Shown here: in pieces, positions 50,019-59,393 of the stretch
Layout: every line of letters begins with the position of its first letter
How positions within the stretch are numbered: position 1 is the stretch's first letter
Origin: Myxococcota bacterium
GTDB lineage: Bacteria; Myxococcota_A; UBA796; SXON01
Direction of reading: 5' to 3'
DNA: 64,000 nucleotides
Assembly (NCBI GenBank): GCA_040386535.1
Contig: JAZKFH010000024.1
Location: 68,330-132,329, forward strand
Notes under the pieces: generated by a model
What the model was told of the DNA's origin: nothing
The model's input: the letters and a program-made list of their open reading frames with translations, nothing else
Databases searched by the model: none
Made by a program: the position numbers and the translations under genes

Positions 50019-52078
50019 GGCGGCTTCTGGAAGGATCAGCGATCTCGTTCCTGCTGGCGCTCGGGATGCTCGCCGGCTGCACCGAGGACAAGCGCGGGAA
50101 GGTCGACCATGACGGCGACGGCGCGAGCGCGTCCATCGACTGCGACGACACCGATCCCACGCGGTTCCCCGGGAACCCTGAGCGCTGTGACGGCTTCGAC
50201 GAGGACTGCGACGGCGTGGCCGACAACCTCGCGATCGACGCGATCCTGACCTACACCGACCTCGACGGCGACGGCTTCGGGGACAACGCCTCGGCCTTCG
50301 CGTCGTGCGTGGCGCCCGTGCGCGGCGTGGCGAGGGGCGACGACTGCGACGACGCCGATGCCACCGTGTTCCCCGGCGCCTACGAGACCTGTGACGGACG
50401 CGACCAGGACTGCGACGGCGCGATCGACGTGGGCGCGATCGACGCCCGCACCCGCTACCCGGACGCCGACGGCGACGGCTACGGGGACGACGCGGCCGTG
50501 GTCACCAGCTGCGACGCGGTCGGCCTGGACGAGGGCGGGGACTGCGACGACGCCGACGCCGCGGTGTTCCCCGGCGCCGAGGAGCGTTGTGACGCCGTCG
50601 ACACCGACTGCGACGGCCTCGCCGATGTCGGCGCGACGGACGGCGTGGCCTGGTACACGGACGCCGACGGGGACGGCTACGGCGATCCCGAGAGCGACGG
50701 CGTGGTGGACTGCGCGGCGGACGGCCGCGCTCCCAACCGGTTCGACTGTGACGACGCCGACGCGGGGATCAGCCCGGAGATGGGCGGGTGCGGCCTCGTC
50801 GGCGAGAGCGAGCCGGTCGACGCCGGGCTCACCCTGTTCGGCGTCGACGAGGGCGACGCCGTCGGCACCCTCCACGTCGCGGCCGACCTCGACGGCGACG
50901 GCGCGGCCGAGTTGCTCGTGGGTGCGCCGAGCGCGGACGCCTTCTACGTGCTGGCCGGCCCGCTCCGCGGGGACGAGTCGCTCGCCAGCCCGCTGATCAA
51001 GCGCCGCTACGTCAGCGGAGGCGCGTCGTTCGGCGCCGCGCTCGCCGTGGGCGACTTCGACGGGGACGGCGTGCCCGACGTGGCCGTGGGCGCCCCGGAC
51101 GACGACACGCTCGGCGCCTACAGCGGCCGCGTGTGGATCTTCGCCGGGCCGCTCGCCGGCAGCACCACCGAGGCGAGCGCGCTGCGCGCCATCGACGCCG
51201 AGAGCTCCCGCGACGGCCTGGGCGAGGCGCTGGTGGCCGTGCCCGACGCCGACGGCGACGGCCTGGCCGACCTGCTCGTCGGCGCTCCCGACGATGGGCT
51301 GGGCGCCGGCATCGCGTACCTCATCAGCGGCACCAGCACCGACCTGACGACCCCCATCGCCCGGTTCGAGTCCGCCACCTCCTACGACCGCGCCGGGAAC
51401 AACGTCGCCGCGGGTGACCTCGATGGCGACGGCCTCGCCGACTACGTCATCGCGGCCCCGAGCGCGCCCGAGGTCTACGTGATGTCGGGCGGCGTGACCG
51501 GCACCATCGACCTGTCCGACGCCGACACCACCATCGGCGGGCGCGGCTCCGGCTACCAGACGGGCAAGTCCCTCGCCGTGGTCGGCGATCAGGACGGGGA
51601 CGGCCTGCTCGACCTGTTCGTGGGCGGCCCGACCACCGGGAGCAGCGTGTCGGTCTCCGGCGGAGAGGCGTGGGTCCTGGTCACGCCCCTCGCTGCGGAC
51701 GTGACCCTCGGGCGCCACGAGTGGGCCACGCTCGTGGGCGAGGCCACGGGAGACGCCGCGGGCGGATCGGTGGCTGGCGGCGATCTCGACGGGGACGGCC
51801 ACGACGACCTCGTGATCGGCGCCGCGGGCAACGATCGCGCGCACACCGACGCGGGCGCCGCCTACGTGTTCTACGGCATCACGAGCGGAAGCACCCCGCT
51901 CGCCAGCGCCGACGCGATGCTCCTCGGGCACGCCGCAGGGCTCGCGCTCGGCAGCGGCGCGCTCCTCGCGGACCTCGACGGCGACACCCTCGCCGACCTC
52001 GTGGCGGGCGGCGTGGGCGAGTCCGTGGGCGGGGTGGGCGCCGGCGCCACGTGGGTGTGGTTCGGCGGGCGGCGCTGA
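50015..52078 (+). CDS. Tandem paralog: MopE-type repeats plus FG-GAP repeats, lipoprotein
   Basis: ATG 50015 overlapping the upstream stop; MLAGC lipobox; four DCDD repeats; about seven FG-GAP repeats. Confidence 0.88.
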   Translation: MRRLLEGSAISFLLALGMLAGCTEDKRGKVDHDGDGASASIDCDDTDPTRFPGNPERCDGFDEDCDGVADNLAIDAILTYTDLDGDGFGDNASAFASCVAPVRGVARGDDCDDADATVFPGAYETCDGRDQDCDGAIDVGAIDARTRYPDADGDGYGDDAAVVTSCDAVGLDEGGDCDDADAAVFPGAEERCDAVDTDCDGLADVGATDGVAWYTDADGDGYGDPESDGVVDCAADGRAPNRFDCDDADAGISPEMGGCGLVGESEPVDAGLTLFGVDEGDAVGTLHVAADLDGDGAAELLVGAPSADAFYVLAGPLRGDESLASPLIKRRYVSGGASFGAALAVGDFDGDGVPDVAVGAPDDDTLGAYSGRVWIFAGPLAGSTTEASALRAIDAESSRDGLGEALVAVPDADGDGLADLLVGAPDDGLGAGIAYLISGTSTDLTTPIARFESATSYDRAGNNVAAGDLDGDGLADYVIAAPSAPEVYVMSGGVTGTIDLSDADTTIGGRGSGYQTGKSLAVVGDQDGDGLLDLFVGGPTTGSSVSVSGGEAWVLVTPLAADVTLGRHEWATLVGEATGDAAGGSVAGGDLDGDGHDDLVIGAAGNDRAHTDAGAAYVFYGITSGSTPLASADAMLLGHAAGLALGSGALLADLDGDTLADLVAGGVGESVGGVGAGATWVWFGGRR

Positions 52079-52081
52079 CGC

Positions 52082-52432
52082 TCAGGCCGGCGGGGGCGCC
52101 TTCTGCCAGGGCCAGCGCCCCTCGACCTCGAGCTCGATCGTGAAGGACAGGAAGGTCCGGATGAGCACGATCATCGCCAGCACCGTCACGCCGGTGAGCG
52201 TCGGGTCGTGGCTCACGGTGCGGATGATGTCGGCGGCGACGAGGAACTCGAGCCCGAGCAGGATCGCGCGCCCGAGGTAGCGGCGGAACAACGCGTAGTT
52301 GTCCTCGGTCTCGCCGCGGGCGTAGCGCACCCCCACGATGCCCGCGGCGAGCGCCGCGCCCACCAGCACGACCAGAACCCCGGTGCCCTCGACCAGCTGG
52401 GCGGCCAGGACGACGTAGTCCTCGAACTCCAT
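52082..52432 (-). CDS. DUF1622 family membrane protein
   Basis: R..LGRAILLGLEFLVAADIIRTV...IVLIRTFLSF..E.E..GRWPWQ. Confidence 0.92.
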   Translation of the reverse strand: MEFEDYVVLAAQLVEGTGVLVVLVGAALAAGIVGVRYARGETEDNYALFRRYLGRAILLGLEFLVAADIIRTVSHDPTLTGVTVLAMIVLIRTFLSFTIELEVEGRWPWQKAPPPA

Positions 52433-52463
52433 GCGTCCTCCCTCCCCTTCTCTAACCGCCTCC

Positions 52464-53243
52464 CTACGAGCTCGCGCTGGTGTAGTGCCGGAGCGCCTGC
52501 ACCCACGCGATGCGGCTCACCACCAACATGCCGATGCCCACCCCGACCGCCTGCGCCGCGAGCGCGAGGTCGAGGCGGCCGAGCAGCGCGAGCGCGGGGT
52601 AGGAGGTCACCAGCGCCACCGGCACGAACACGGTCAGGAAAACGCGCACCCAGCCCGTGTAGATGGTGACGGGCCAACGCCCCGCGTCGACGACGGCGCC
52701 GAGCAGGTAGCGCAGGTTGTCGACCCGCACGAACCAGAAGCTCGTGCAGATGACGAGCACCCACAGGCCGTAGACGGCGGCGAGCCCCGCCAACAGGAGC
52801 CCGGCCGCCGTCAGCGCGTCCACGGGGGTGGGCGTCGGCAGGTGCGCGAGGGCGTACGCCCCTACGACGAGCCCGCCGAGCAGATCCCAGAGGCGCGCGG
52901 GCGCGACGCGCTGGAAGCTGGCGACGAACTGCGCGTCGGGCGGCTTGAGCAGCAGGTAGTCGAGCTGGCCCGACCGCACGCCCTCGACGAGCGCGCCGAG
53001 GTTGGGCTCGACCAGGCCACCCACGAGCGCCTGGAGCACCAGGAAGAAGGCGCCCACCAGCAGGGCCTCGTGGAGCGACCAGCCCGCCACGGAGCCGGTG
53101 TGGTCGTAGACGAACAGGAGCGGGAGCGCCACGCCGGCGGTGGTGCCGAGGCCGACGAAGAACTCGAGCAGGAAGCTCGCGCGGTACTGCATCGCCGTCA
53201 TCAGCGCGACGCGGACCAGGGCCAACAGGACGCCGCTACGCAC
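52464..53243 (-). CDS. ABC-2 type (DUF990-like) permease
   Basis: MQYRASF, GWS..E, VRSGQLDYLLLKP, GRWP..IY, LTVFVP; GTG start 53243. Confidence 0.88.
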   Translation of the reverse strand: MRSGVLLALVRVALMTAMQYRASFLLEFFVGLGTTAGVALPLLFVYDHTGSVAGWSLHEALLVGAFFLVLQALVGGLVEPNLGALVEGVRSGQLDYLLLKPPDAQFVASFQRVAPARLWDLLGGLVVGAYALAHLPTPTPVDALTAAGLLLAGLAAVYGLWVLVICTSFWFVRVDNLRYLLGAVVDAGRWPVTIYTGWVRVFLTVFVPVALVTSYPALALLGRLDLALAAQAVGVGIGMLVVSRIAWVQALRHYTSASS

Positions 53244-54033
53244 CGACCGCTCCGTAGCGACGCAAGCCGGCGCGCCAACCGACCAGGGTGCCGAGGCCCA
53301 GGATCGCCACCCACGCGGCCTGGACCGCGAGGGTGCGCCCGATGGGGGCGAGGCCGAGGAGGAGCTCCACCGGCGCCCCGAGCGAGGCGTGGAAGGGCAG
53401 CCAGGCGGCCACCGCGGCCACGTTCGCGGGGAGCAACGGCAGGGGGATGAGGTAGCCGCCGAGCAACGCCCACACGAAGAACCACACCTGGAACAGGCCG
53501 AGCGACTGGTCGAACCAGAAGGCGAGCACGCCGAAGAGGCACTGGACGAACCAGGCGACGAGCAGCGCGAAGAAGAGCGAGACCACAAAACCGGCGGCGG
53601 CGGCAGGCGCGGGCACGAACAGGATCTCGGGGCGCCACACGGCCACGGCCGCGAGGACGGGGCCGAGCACCACGAGGCGCCACGGCACGGCGGCGACGGT
53701 CTCCGCGAACTGCCACCACAAGGGGTTCATCGGGCGGAGGAGCTGCGGCGAGAGCGAGCCGGTGCGGATCTGCTGGTTGAGCTCCCAGAGCACCCACACG
53801 CCGGTGAGCTGCCGCACGAGCAGCGTCACGGCGAAGTAGCGCGCGAAGTCGGCCTGCCCGAAGCCGGCGAGCGGCCCGTCCGCCGCGGCCGCGTTCCACA
53901 ACGCGAGCATGACCAGGGGCAGCGTGGCCGTGAGGATCCAGATGATCATCTCGGCGCGGTAGGCGACCATCTCCGCCACGGCGATGCGGAGGAGCGAGGG
54001 AAACGCGCGCAGGGCCTGGATCAGCCCGGTCAC
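53236..54033 (-). CDS. ABC-2 type (DUF990-like) permease
   Basis: AYRAE, IRTGSLS..LLRP, GGYLIPL.LLP, WLPF, G.RRY..VG. Confidence 0.88.
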   Translation of the reverse strand: MTGLIQALRAFPSLLRIAVAEMVAYRAEMIIWILTATLPLVMLALWNAAAADGPLAGFGQADFARYFAVTLLVRQLTGVWVLWELNQQIRTGSLSPQLLRPMNPLWWQFAETVAAVPWRLVVLGPVLAAVAVWRPEILFVPAPAAAAGFVVSLFFALLVAWFVQCLFGVLAFWFDQSLGLFQVWFFVWALLGGYLIPLPLLPANVAAVAAWLPFHASLGAPVELLLGLAPIGRTLAVQAAWVAILGLGTLVGWRAGLRRYGAVGA

Positions 54034-55055
54034 GGCGTCCCCTCGTTCGAGGGCTGGGGGGCCGGCTCGGGCGCGCCGGCGGAAGCGCTGTCCGGCTCGC
54101 TGCCCGCGGCCCTGCGGAAGTAGCGCCCCATCACCTCTTCGAGGGGTGTCTCCTCCACCCCGAGCTCCGCGAGCGGCACCATCGCGAGCACCCGGCCGAG
54201 GAGCGCGTTCACGTCCTCCGGGGCCACCGCGGCCACCATCTTGCCGGCCTCCTCGACGAACCCGAGCGCGAGCAGCGCGGGCTCGATCGTCCGCACCACG
54301 ACGCGGCGCTCGGGCGCCATCTTGCGCGCGAGCTCGGTGAGGGCGCCGTCGTAGCGGAGCCGCCCCTCGTCGATCACGAGCAGGCGCGGCGTGAGCGCGG
54401 CGATGTCCTGCATGTAGTGGCTGGTGAGCAGCACCGTGGCGCCGAAGCGCTGGTTGATGCCCGCGATGAACTGGCGCACCTGCACCTGCATCTCCACGTC
54501 GAGGCCGATCGTGGGCTCGTCGAGGAACAGGACCTGCGGCCGGTGCAGCAGCGCGGCGGCCAGCTCACACTTCATGCGCTCGCCGAGCGAGAGGTTGCGC
54601 ACCGGTTTGTCCAGGAGAGGCTCGATGCGCAGCATGGTCACGAGCTCGTCGAGCGTGCGCGCGTGGTCGGCGCGGGCGATGCCGTACATGGCGCGGTTGA
54701 GCTCGAAGGTCTCGCGGGGGGGCAGATCCCAGAGGAGCTGCTGCTTCTGGCCCATCACCAGCGTGATGCGACGGAGGAACGCCGTGTCGCGGTCCTGCGG
54801 GCGGGCGCCGAGCACGCGGACGCCGCCCGACGTGGGGTGAAGGAGCCCCGCCAGCATCTTCAACGTCGTCGTCTTGCCAGCGCCGTTCGGCCCGAGGAAG
54901 CCGACCCGCTCCCCCTGCTCGATCCGGAAGGACAGATCCTTCACGGCCTCGACATCTCGCCACTTCCGGGACACGAGGGAGCGCACCGAGCCGAGGAACC
55001 CCGGCTCCTTGATCGGTACCCGGTACGTCTTGGTGAGGTGCTCGACCTCGATCAT
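54030..55055 (-). CDS. ABC exporter ATP-binding subunit
   Basis: GPNGAGKTT, VMGQKQQLLWDLP, LSLGERMK, FLDEPTIGLD, LTSH. Confidence 0.95.
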   Translation of the reverse strand: MIEVEHLTKTYRVPIKEPGFLGSVRSLVSRKWRDVEAVKDLSFRIEQGERVGFLGPNGAGKTTTLKMLAGLLHPTSGGVRVLGARPQDRDTAFLRRITLVMGQKQQLLWDLPPRETFELNRAMYGIARADHARTLDELVTMLRIEPLLDKPVRNLSLGERMKCELAAALLHRPQVLFLDEPTIGLDVEMQVQVRQFIAGINQRFGATVLLTSHYMQDIAALTPRLLVIDEGRLRYDGALTELARKMAPERRVVVRTIEPALLALGFVEEAGKMVAAVAPEDVNALLGRVLAMVPLAELGVEETPLEEVMGRYFRRAAGSEPDSASAGAPEPAPQPSNEGTP

Positions 55056-55146
55056 GCGGACCTTCGAGAACGAGCACCATACGCCTGCCGCCGCCGTGCT
55101 TCCACCCCTCCCGGGCAGGACGGACGACGCGCGACCCCCCCGAGCT

Positions 55147-55173
55147 TGCTACGATCGCCCCGCACGGAAAGGA
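55147..55173 (+). promoter_or_regulatory. Candidate extended -10 box (TGnTACGAT) and SD (GGAAAGGA) for the peptidase/esterase/ATP-grasp cluster
   Basis: TGCTACGAT at 55147-55155; GGAAAGGA at 55166-55173, 7 nt before CTG 55181. Confidence 0.45.
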
Positions 55174-55180
55174 CGCTCCT

Positions 55181-56128
55181 CTGTCGATCACGATCCTCGG
55201 CCCCGAACGGCCGACACCGTACCTGCCCGCGGTGCTCGCCGACGCAGGCGTTCGCGGCCCGATCGCGCTCGTCAGCGCCGGTTGGCGTCACGACGAGGCG
55301 CGGGACGAGCCCCTGCGCGAGGCCGTCGGCGTCCCCGTTCAGAACCTCGGGCTCTACGCCTCTTTTCGCCTGCTCGAGCGCGAGGCCTCCGATCTGGTCT
55401 CCACCTACACGCTCAAGCAGTCCTCGCTCCGCCGCATCAAGGAGCGGTACCGCATGGCGATCGTGCCGGCGCTGGCCGGGTGCCGCGAGCTCTGGGCCCG
55501 GCGCCGGGACGCCGACTGCCCATGGTTCCAACAGGCGATCCTCCACCTCCAGACCATCGACAAGCTGTTCCTCGGCGAGTCCGACCGCCTCCACCGCGAG
55601 TACGACGAGCAAGCGCGGCCGTTCGCGCACCGTCGCGTCCGCGCCGAGCTCGATCGCCTCCGCAAGGCGCTGGACGACTGCCACGCCGTGCTCATCGCCG
55701 GCGGCCATGTGGGCGTGCTCCGCAACCGCCTCGCGTTCTTCGGGTTCGACGAGTGGCTGCGGAACCGCCGTGTGTTCGCGTGGTCGGCCGGGGCGATGGC
55801 GCTGACCGATCGGGTGGTGCTGTTTCACGACCACACCACCTACGGCGTCGGCCTCGCCGAGATCCTCGACCGCGGGCTCGGCCTCGTGCCGGGCGTGGTC
55901 TTCCTGCCGCACGCGCGCGAGCGCCTGGCCCTCGACGATGTCGAGAACGTCGCGATCCTCTCGAAACGTTTCGGGCCCTCGATCGCGATCGGCCTGCAGA
56001 ACGGCGCGCTGCTCCGGGACGTCGGAGCGAACGGCTTCATCAACAGCGGCACGCCGGACGCGGCGATGCGCCTCGGGCCCGACGGCGTGCTCGCGCCGCT
56101 CACGGAGGCCCATGCGGCCGCTCCTTGA
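55181..56128 (+). CDS. Peptidase S51 / class I glutamine-amidotransferase-like protein
   Basis: IALVSAGW, LIAGGHV, nucleophile elbow AWSAGAMA, GLGL....LPH. Probable CTG start at 55181 (ORF track uses GTG 55232). Confidence 0.8.
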   Translation: MSITILGPERPTPYLPAVLADAGVRGPIALVSAGWRHDEARDEPLREAVGVPVQNLGLYASFRLLEREASDLVSTYTLKQSSLRRIKERYRMAIVPALAGCRELWARRRDADCPWFQQAILHLQTIDKLFLGESDRLHREYDEQARPFAHRRVRAELDRLRKALDDCHAVLIAGGHVGVLRNRLAFFGFDEWLRNRRVFAWSAGAMALTDRVVLFHDHTTYGVGLAEILDRGLGLVPGVVFLPHARERLALDDVENVAILSKRFGPSIAIGLQNGALLRDVGANGFINSGTPDAAMRLGPDGVLAPLTEAHAAAP

Positions 56129-57263
56129 CCTCATCGCGCAGATCGAGCGGGAGCCCTGGCGCGCCCGCGCGCTGCTCGAGCACTACTCGCACGCCCAGCA
56201 CTTCCCCATGGTCGAGGGAGACTCGGCCACGTTCTTCTACTGGGACGGCCGGCCCGCCGAGAAGGTGTTCCTCAAGCACTGGGTGTTCGGCCTGTCCTCG
56301 ACCGTCGAGTTCCAGCGCATCCCGCACACCGACGCCTTCTACCTGTTCCTCGACCTGCCGAAGCGGGCGCGTGTCGAGTACAAGCTCGAGGTGGTGCGAG
56401 ACGGCCACGGCGTGTGGACCCACGACCCGCGCAACCACCGGCGCGCCTACGATCCGTTCGGTAGCAACTCCGTCTGCCACGCGAGCTCCTACGAGGAGCC
56501 CAACTGGGTGCACCACGACCCCACCGCGCGCCAGGGTCGGCTCGAGGCCGGCACCGTCGAGAGCGCGCTGTTCGGGGACACCCGCACCTACAAGATGTAC
56601 GTGCCCGCCGAGGCCCGCGCCGGGAAGCGCTACCCGCTGCTGATCGTGCACGACGGCAACGATTTTCTGCACTTCGCGCAGATGAAGACCGTGCTCGACA
56701 ACCTCATCCACCGGCATGAGGTCGCGCCGCTGCTCGTGTGTTTCACCAGCGGCGTGCAGCGCAACCAGGAGTACGGCGCCAACCCGCGGCATGCCGACTA
56801 CCTGCGCAACGAGCTGCTCCCCGCGCTCGAGGCCCGCTACCCCGTGCTCCCGGGCACGCAGCACCGTGGCCTGATGGGCGCGAGCTTCGGCGCGGTCGCG
56901 TCGCTCTACACCAAGGTGCAGCACCCGGGCGTGTGGGGGCGGCTGATGCTGCTGTCGGGCAGCTTCGCGTTCACCGACATCGGCGACCACCAGCGCGGCG
57001 CGTTGTGGGACCCCATCGTGCGCTTCGTGAACGGCTTCCGCGACTCCCCGCGCCATCTGCACGCACGGGTGTTCGCGAGCTGCGGCACCTTCGAGTCGCT
57101 GATCTACTACAACCGCAGCCTCGTGCCGCTGTTCGACAGGCGCAGCGACGACTTCCGCTTCACCGAGGCGCCCGACGGGCACAACTGGATCAACTGGCGG
57201 GATCGCCTCCGCGAGGGGCTCACGTTCCTGTTCCCCGGCCCCTTGTGGATGTACTACGAGTAG
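56112..57263 (+). CDS. Fes-like alpha/beta-hydrolase (esterase) with N-terminal CBM48/Ig-like domain
   Basis: GGAGG RBS, ATG 56112; RVEYK, DPRN, NSV, YPLLIVHDG.D, MGASFG, GHNW.NW. Confidence 0.88.
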   Translation: MRPLLDLIAQIEREPWRARALLEHYSHAQHFPMVEGDSATFFYWDGRPAEKVFLKHWVFGLSSTVEFQRIPHTDAFYLFLDLPKRARVEYKLEVVRDGHGVWTHDPRNHRRAYDPFGSNSVCHASSYEEPNWVHHDPTARQGRLEAGTVESALFGDTRTYKMYVPAEARAGKRYPLLIVHDGNDFLHFAQMKTVLDNLIHRHEVAPLLVCFTSGVQRNQEYGANPRHADYLRNELLPALEARYPVLPGTQHRGLMGASFGAVASLYTKVQHPGVWGRLMLLSGSFAFTDIGDHQRGALWDPIVRFVNGFRDSPRHLHARVFASCGTFESLIYYNRSLVPLFDRRSDDFRFTEAPDGHNWINWRDRLREGLTFLFPGPLWMYYE

Positions 57264-57338
57264 GCCCGAGGCCCGGTGACTCCCGCGCTGGATTGACGGC
57301 CCCGCCCGGTGTATACGGGGCCTCCTCGGAGCCTCTTC

Positions 57339-58631
57339 ATGCCTGTCCAGACCCGCCAGATCGGCCTCTCCCTCGGCGCCGACATCTGCTGGCCCGCCTG
57401 CTACGAAGAGCTCGTGCAGCGGCTGCAGCTCTCCCTCCCGGCGCCGCTCCCCGGGGGCGCGGACAACGTGGAGTTCGCCGTCGAGCGCGTGCGCCCCGAG
57501 CCGTTCGATCTGCGCGGGAAGCCGAAGTACGACCTCGTCATCGATCGCGTCACGCACTGGTTCTTCACCACGCGCGAGTGGGTGAAGAAGATCGCGATCA
57601 TGGACGACGTGTACGTCCTGAACAACCCCTGGATGATCCAGGCCGCCGAGAAGCACACCACCTACTGCGCGATGATGCGCCTCGGCTTCCCCATCCCCGA
57701 GACCTGGCTGCTCCCCCCGAAGGAGTACCCGGACGAGGCCGACTTCCCCGTCACCACGCGTCGCTACAACAAGCTGTTCGAGCTGAACAAGGTCGGGGCG
57801 CAGGTCGGCTACCCGATGTTCATGAAGCCGTACGACGGCGGGGCCTGGCGTGGGGTGAGCAAGATCGACGACTCCGCGGCGCTGCACAAGGGCTACGACG
57901 CCTCCGGCAAGCAGATCATGCACCTCCAGAACGCGGTCGATCCGTTCGACTTGTTCGTGCGTGGTGTCGGCATCGGCCCCCAGGTGAACGTCATCAAGTA
58001 CGACCCCGCGGCGCCGCTGCACGGCCGCTACGTGGTCGACTTCGACTTCGTGAACGACAAGGAGCTCGCGACGCTCCAGCGCTTCACCCGCGTCATCAAC
58101 GCGTTCTTCTGCTGGGACTACAACTCCTGCGAGTCGCTCCGCAAGGGCGGCGTGTTCCACCCGATCGACTTCGCGAACGCCTGCCCGGACAGCCAGGTGA
58201 CCAGCCTGCACTACCACTTCCCGTGGATGGTCAAGGCGATGGTCAAGTGGTCGCTCTTCTGCGCGTACACCAAGCGCAAGCCGAAGCTGAACCCCAACTG
58301 GGCGCCCTACTTCGCCATCGCCGACAAGGACATCTCGTTCGACGAGAAGCTCCTCCAGTACGACGCCCTGGCCAACGAGTACTTCGACACCGACCGGTTC
58401 GAGGAGTTCTGCGCCACCCACCTCGCCCACATCGACGAGGTGACGTACGACTTCTTCGGCACGCCCCGCGCGAAGGAGATCTTCCGCGAGAAGGTGTCGG
58501 CGCTGTACCCGAAGCACGAGATCGACGCGTTCACCGACCACTTCTACGGGCTGGTCCAGTTCTGGCGCAAGACCGAGGCCGACCGCGCACCCGCGCTCAA
58601 GTCGGAGCGGGCCGCCGGGAGGTCCGCGTGA
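57339..58631 (+). CDS. ATP-grasp (RimK-like) putative carboxylate-amine ligase
   Basis: YDLVIDR, VLNNP, KH, LGFPIPET, YPMFMKPYDGGAW, NSCE, IDFANACPD; GGAG RBS before ATG 57339. Confidence 0.85.
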   Translation: MPVQTRQIGLSLGADICWPACYEELVQRLQLSLPAPLPGGADNVEFAVERVRPEPFDLRGKPKYDLVIDRVTHWFFTTREWVKKIAIMDDVYVLNNPWMIQAAEKHTTYCAMMRLGFPIPETWLLPPKEYPDEADFPVTTRRYNKLFELNKVGAQVGYPMFMKPYDGGAWRGVSKIDDSAALHKGYDASGKQIMHLQNAVDPFDLFVRGVGIGPQVNVIKYDPAAPLHGRYVVDFDFVNDKELATLQRFTRVINAFFCWDYNSCESLRKGGVFHPIDFANACPDSQVTSLHYHFPWMVKAMVKWSLFCAYTKRKPKLNPNWAPYFAIADKDISFDEKLLQYDALANEYFDTDRFEEFCATHLAHIDEVTYDFFGTPRAKEIFREKVSALYPKHEIDAFTDHFYGLVQFWRKTEADRAPALKSERAAGRSA

Positions 58632-59359
58632 ACCGCCGCATCCACGGGTGGACCACGCCCGAGCTGAACCAGGAGATGAAGGTCGCGGCCTGGGGTCACG
58701 CCGGCAAGCCCGTGCTCCTGTTCCCCACCGCCGGCGGTGATTTCCTCGAGGCCGAGCGCTTCCTGATGCTCAAGGTGCTCACGCCGCTGATCGAGGCGGG
58801 CCGCATCCGCGTCTACGCGTGCGGGAGCGTCTCGGGCGAGGCGTGGATGAACGAGGAGGCGCACCCCGGCCACAAGGCCTGGCTCCAGTCGCGCTTCGAC
58901 AACTACCTCTCGCGCGAGCTCGTGCCCTGGATCCGGCACGACGTGGGCGATCCCGCCGTGCGCATCATCGGCACCGGCGCCTCGCTCGGCGGCTTCAACG
59001 CGGTGAACGCGGGCCTCAAGCACCCCGACCAGTTCTGGCTCACCGTCGCGATGAGCGGCACGTACGACTTCGACCGCTGGATGCACGGCTACGCGGACGA
59101 TCACTACTATTTCAACCAGCCGTTCCGCTACCTCCCGGGGATGGGCGAGGGCCTGCAGCTGGAGTGGCTGCGCAAGTCCTACTTCCACATCGCGACCGGC
59201 CAGGGCCGCTGGGAAGCGCCGTGGGAGAGCGTGAAGCTCGGCCAGCTCCTCGGCGCCAAGGGCATCCCCAACTACGTCGACCTGTGGGGCCACGATGTCG
59301 ACCATGACTGGCCGACCTGGCGGACGATGTTGCCGATGTTCCTGGATCGGTTCGTTTAG
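58628..59359 (+). CDS. Alpha/beta-hydrolase (esterase family)
   Basis: GTG start overlapping the ATP-grasp stop; WGHAGKPVLLFPTAGG, TGASLG, MSGTYD, WG.DV.HDWPTW. Confidence 0.88.
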   Translation: MNRRIHGWTTPELNQEMKVAAWGHAGKPVLLFPTAGGDFLEAERFLMLKVLTPLIEAGRIRVYACGSVSGEAWMNEEAHPGHKAWLQSRFDNYLSRELVPWIRHDVGDPAVRIIGTGASLGGFNAVNAGLKHPDQFWLTVAMSGTYDFDRWMHGYADDHYYFNQPFRYLPGMGEGLQLEWLRKSYFHIATGQGRWEAPWESVKLGQLLGAKGIPNYVDLWGHDVDHDWPTWRTMLPMFLDRFV

Positions 59360-59393
59360 GCGCGCGAAGCAGGGCACGAGCCGGAGCCGGACC

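Noticed and set aside
52082-55055. ABC-2 exporter as the dedicated exporter for the divergent ATP-grasp cluster
   Set aside because: Only adjacency supports it; this transporter family occurs in many unrelated contexts.
57293-57316. TTGACG...TATACG internal promoter before the ATP-grasp gene
   Set aside because: The spacer is only 12 nt, too short for a sigma70 promoter.
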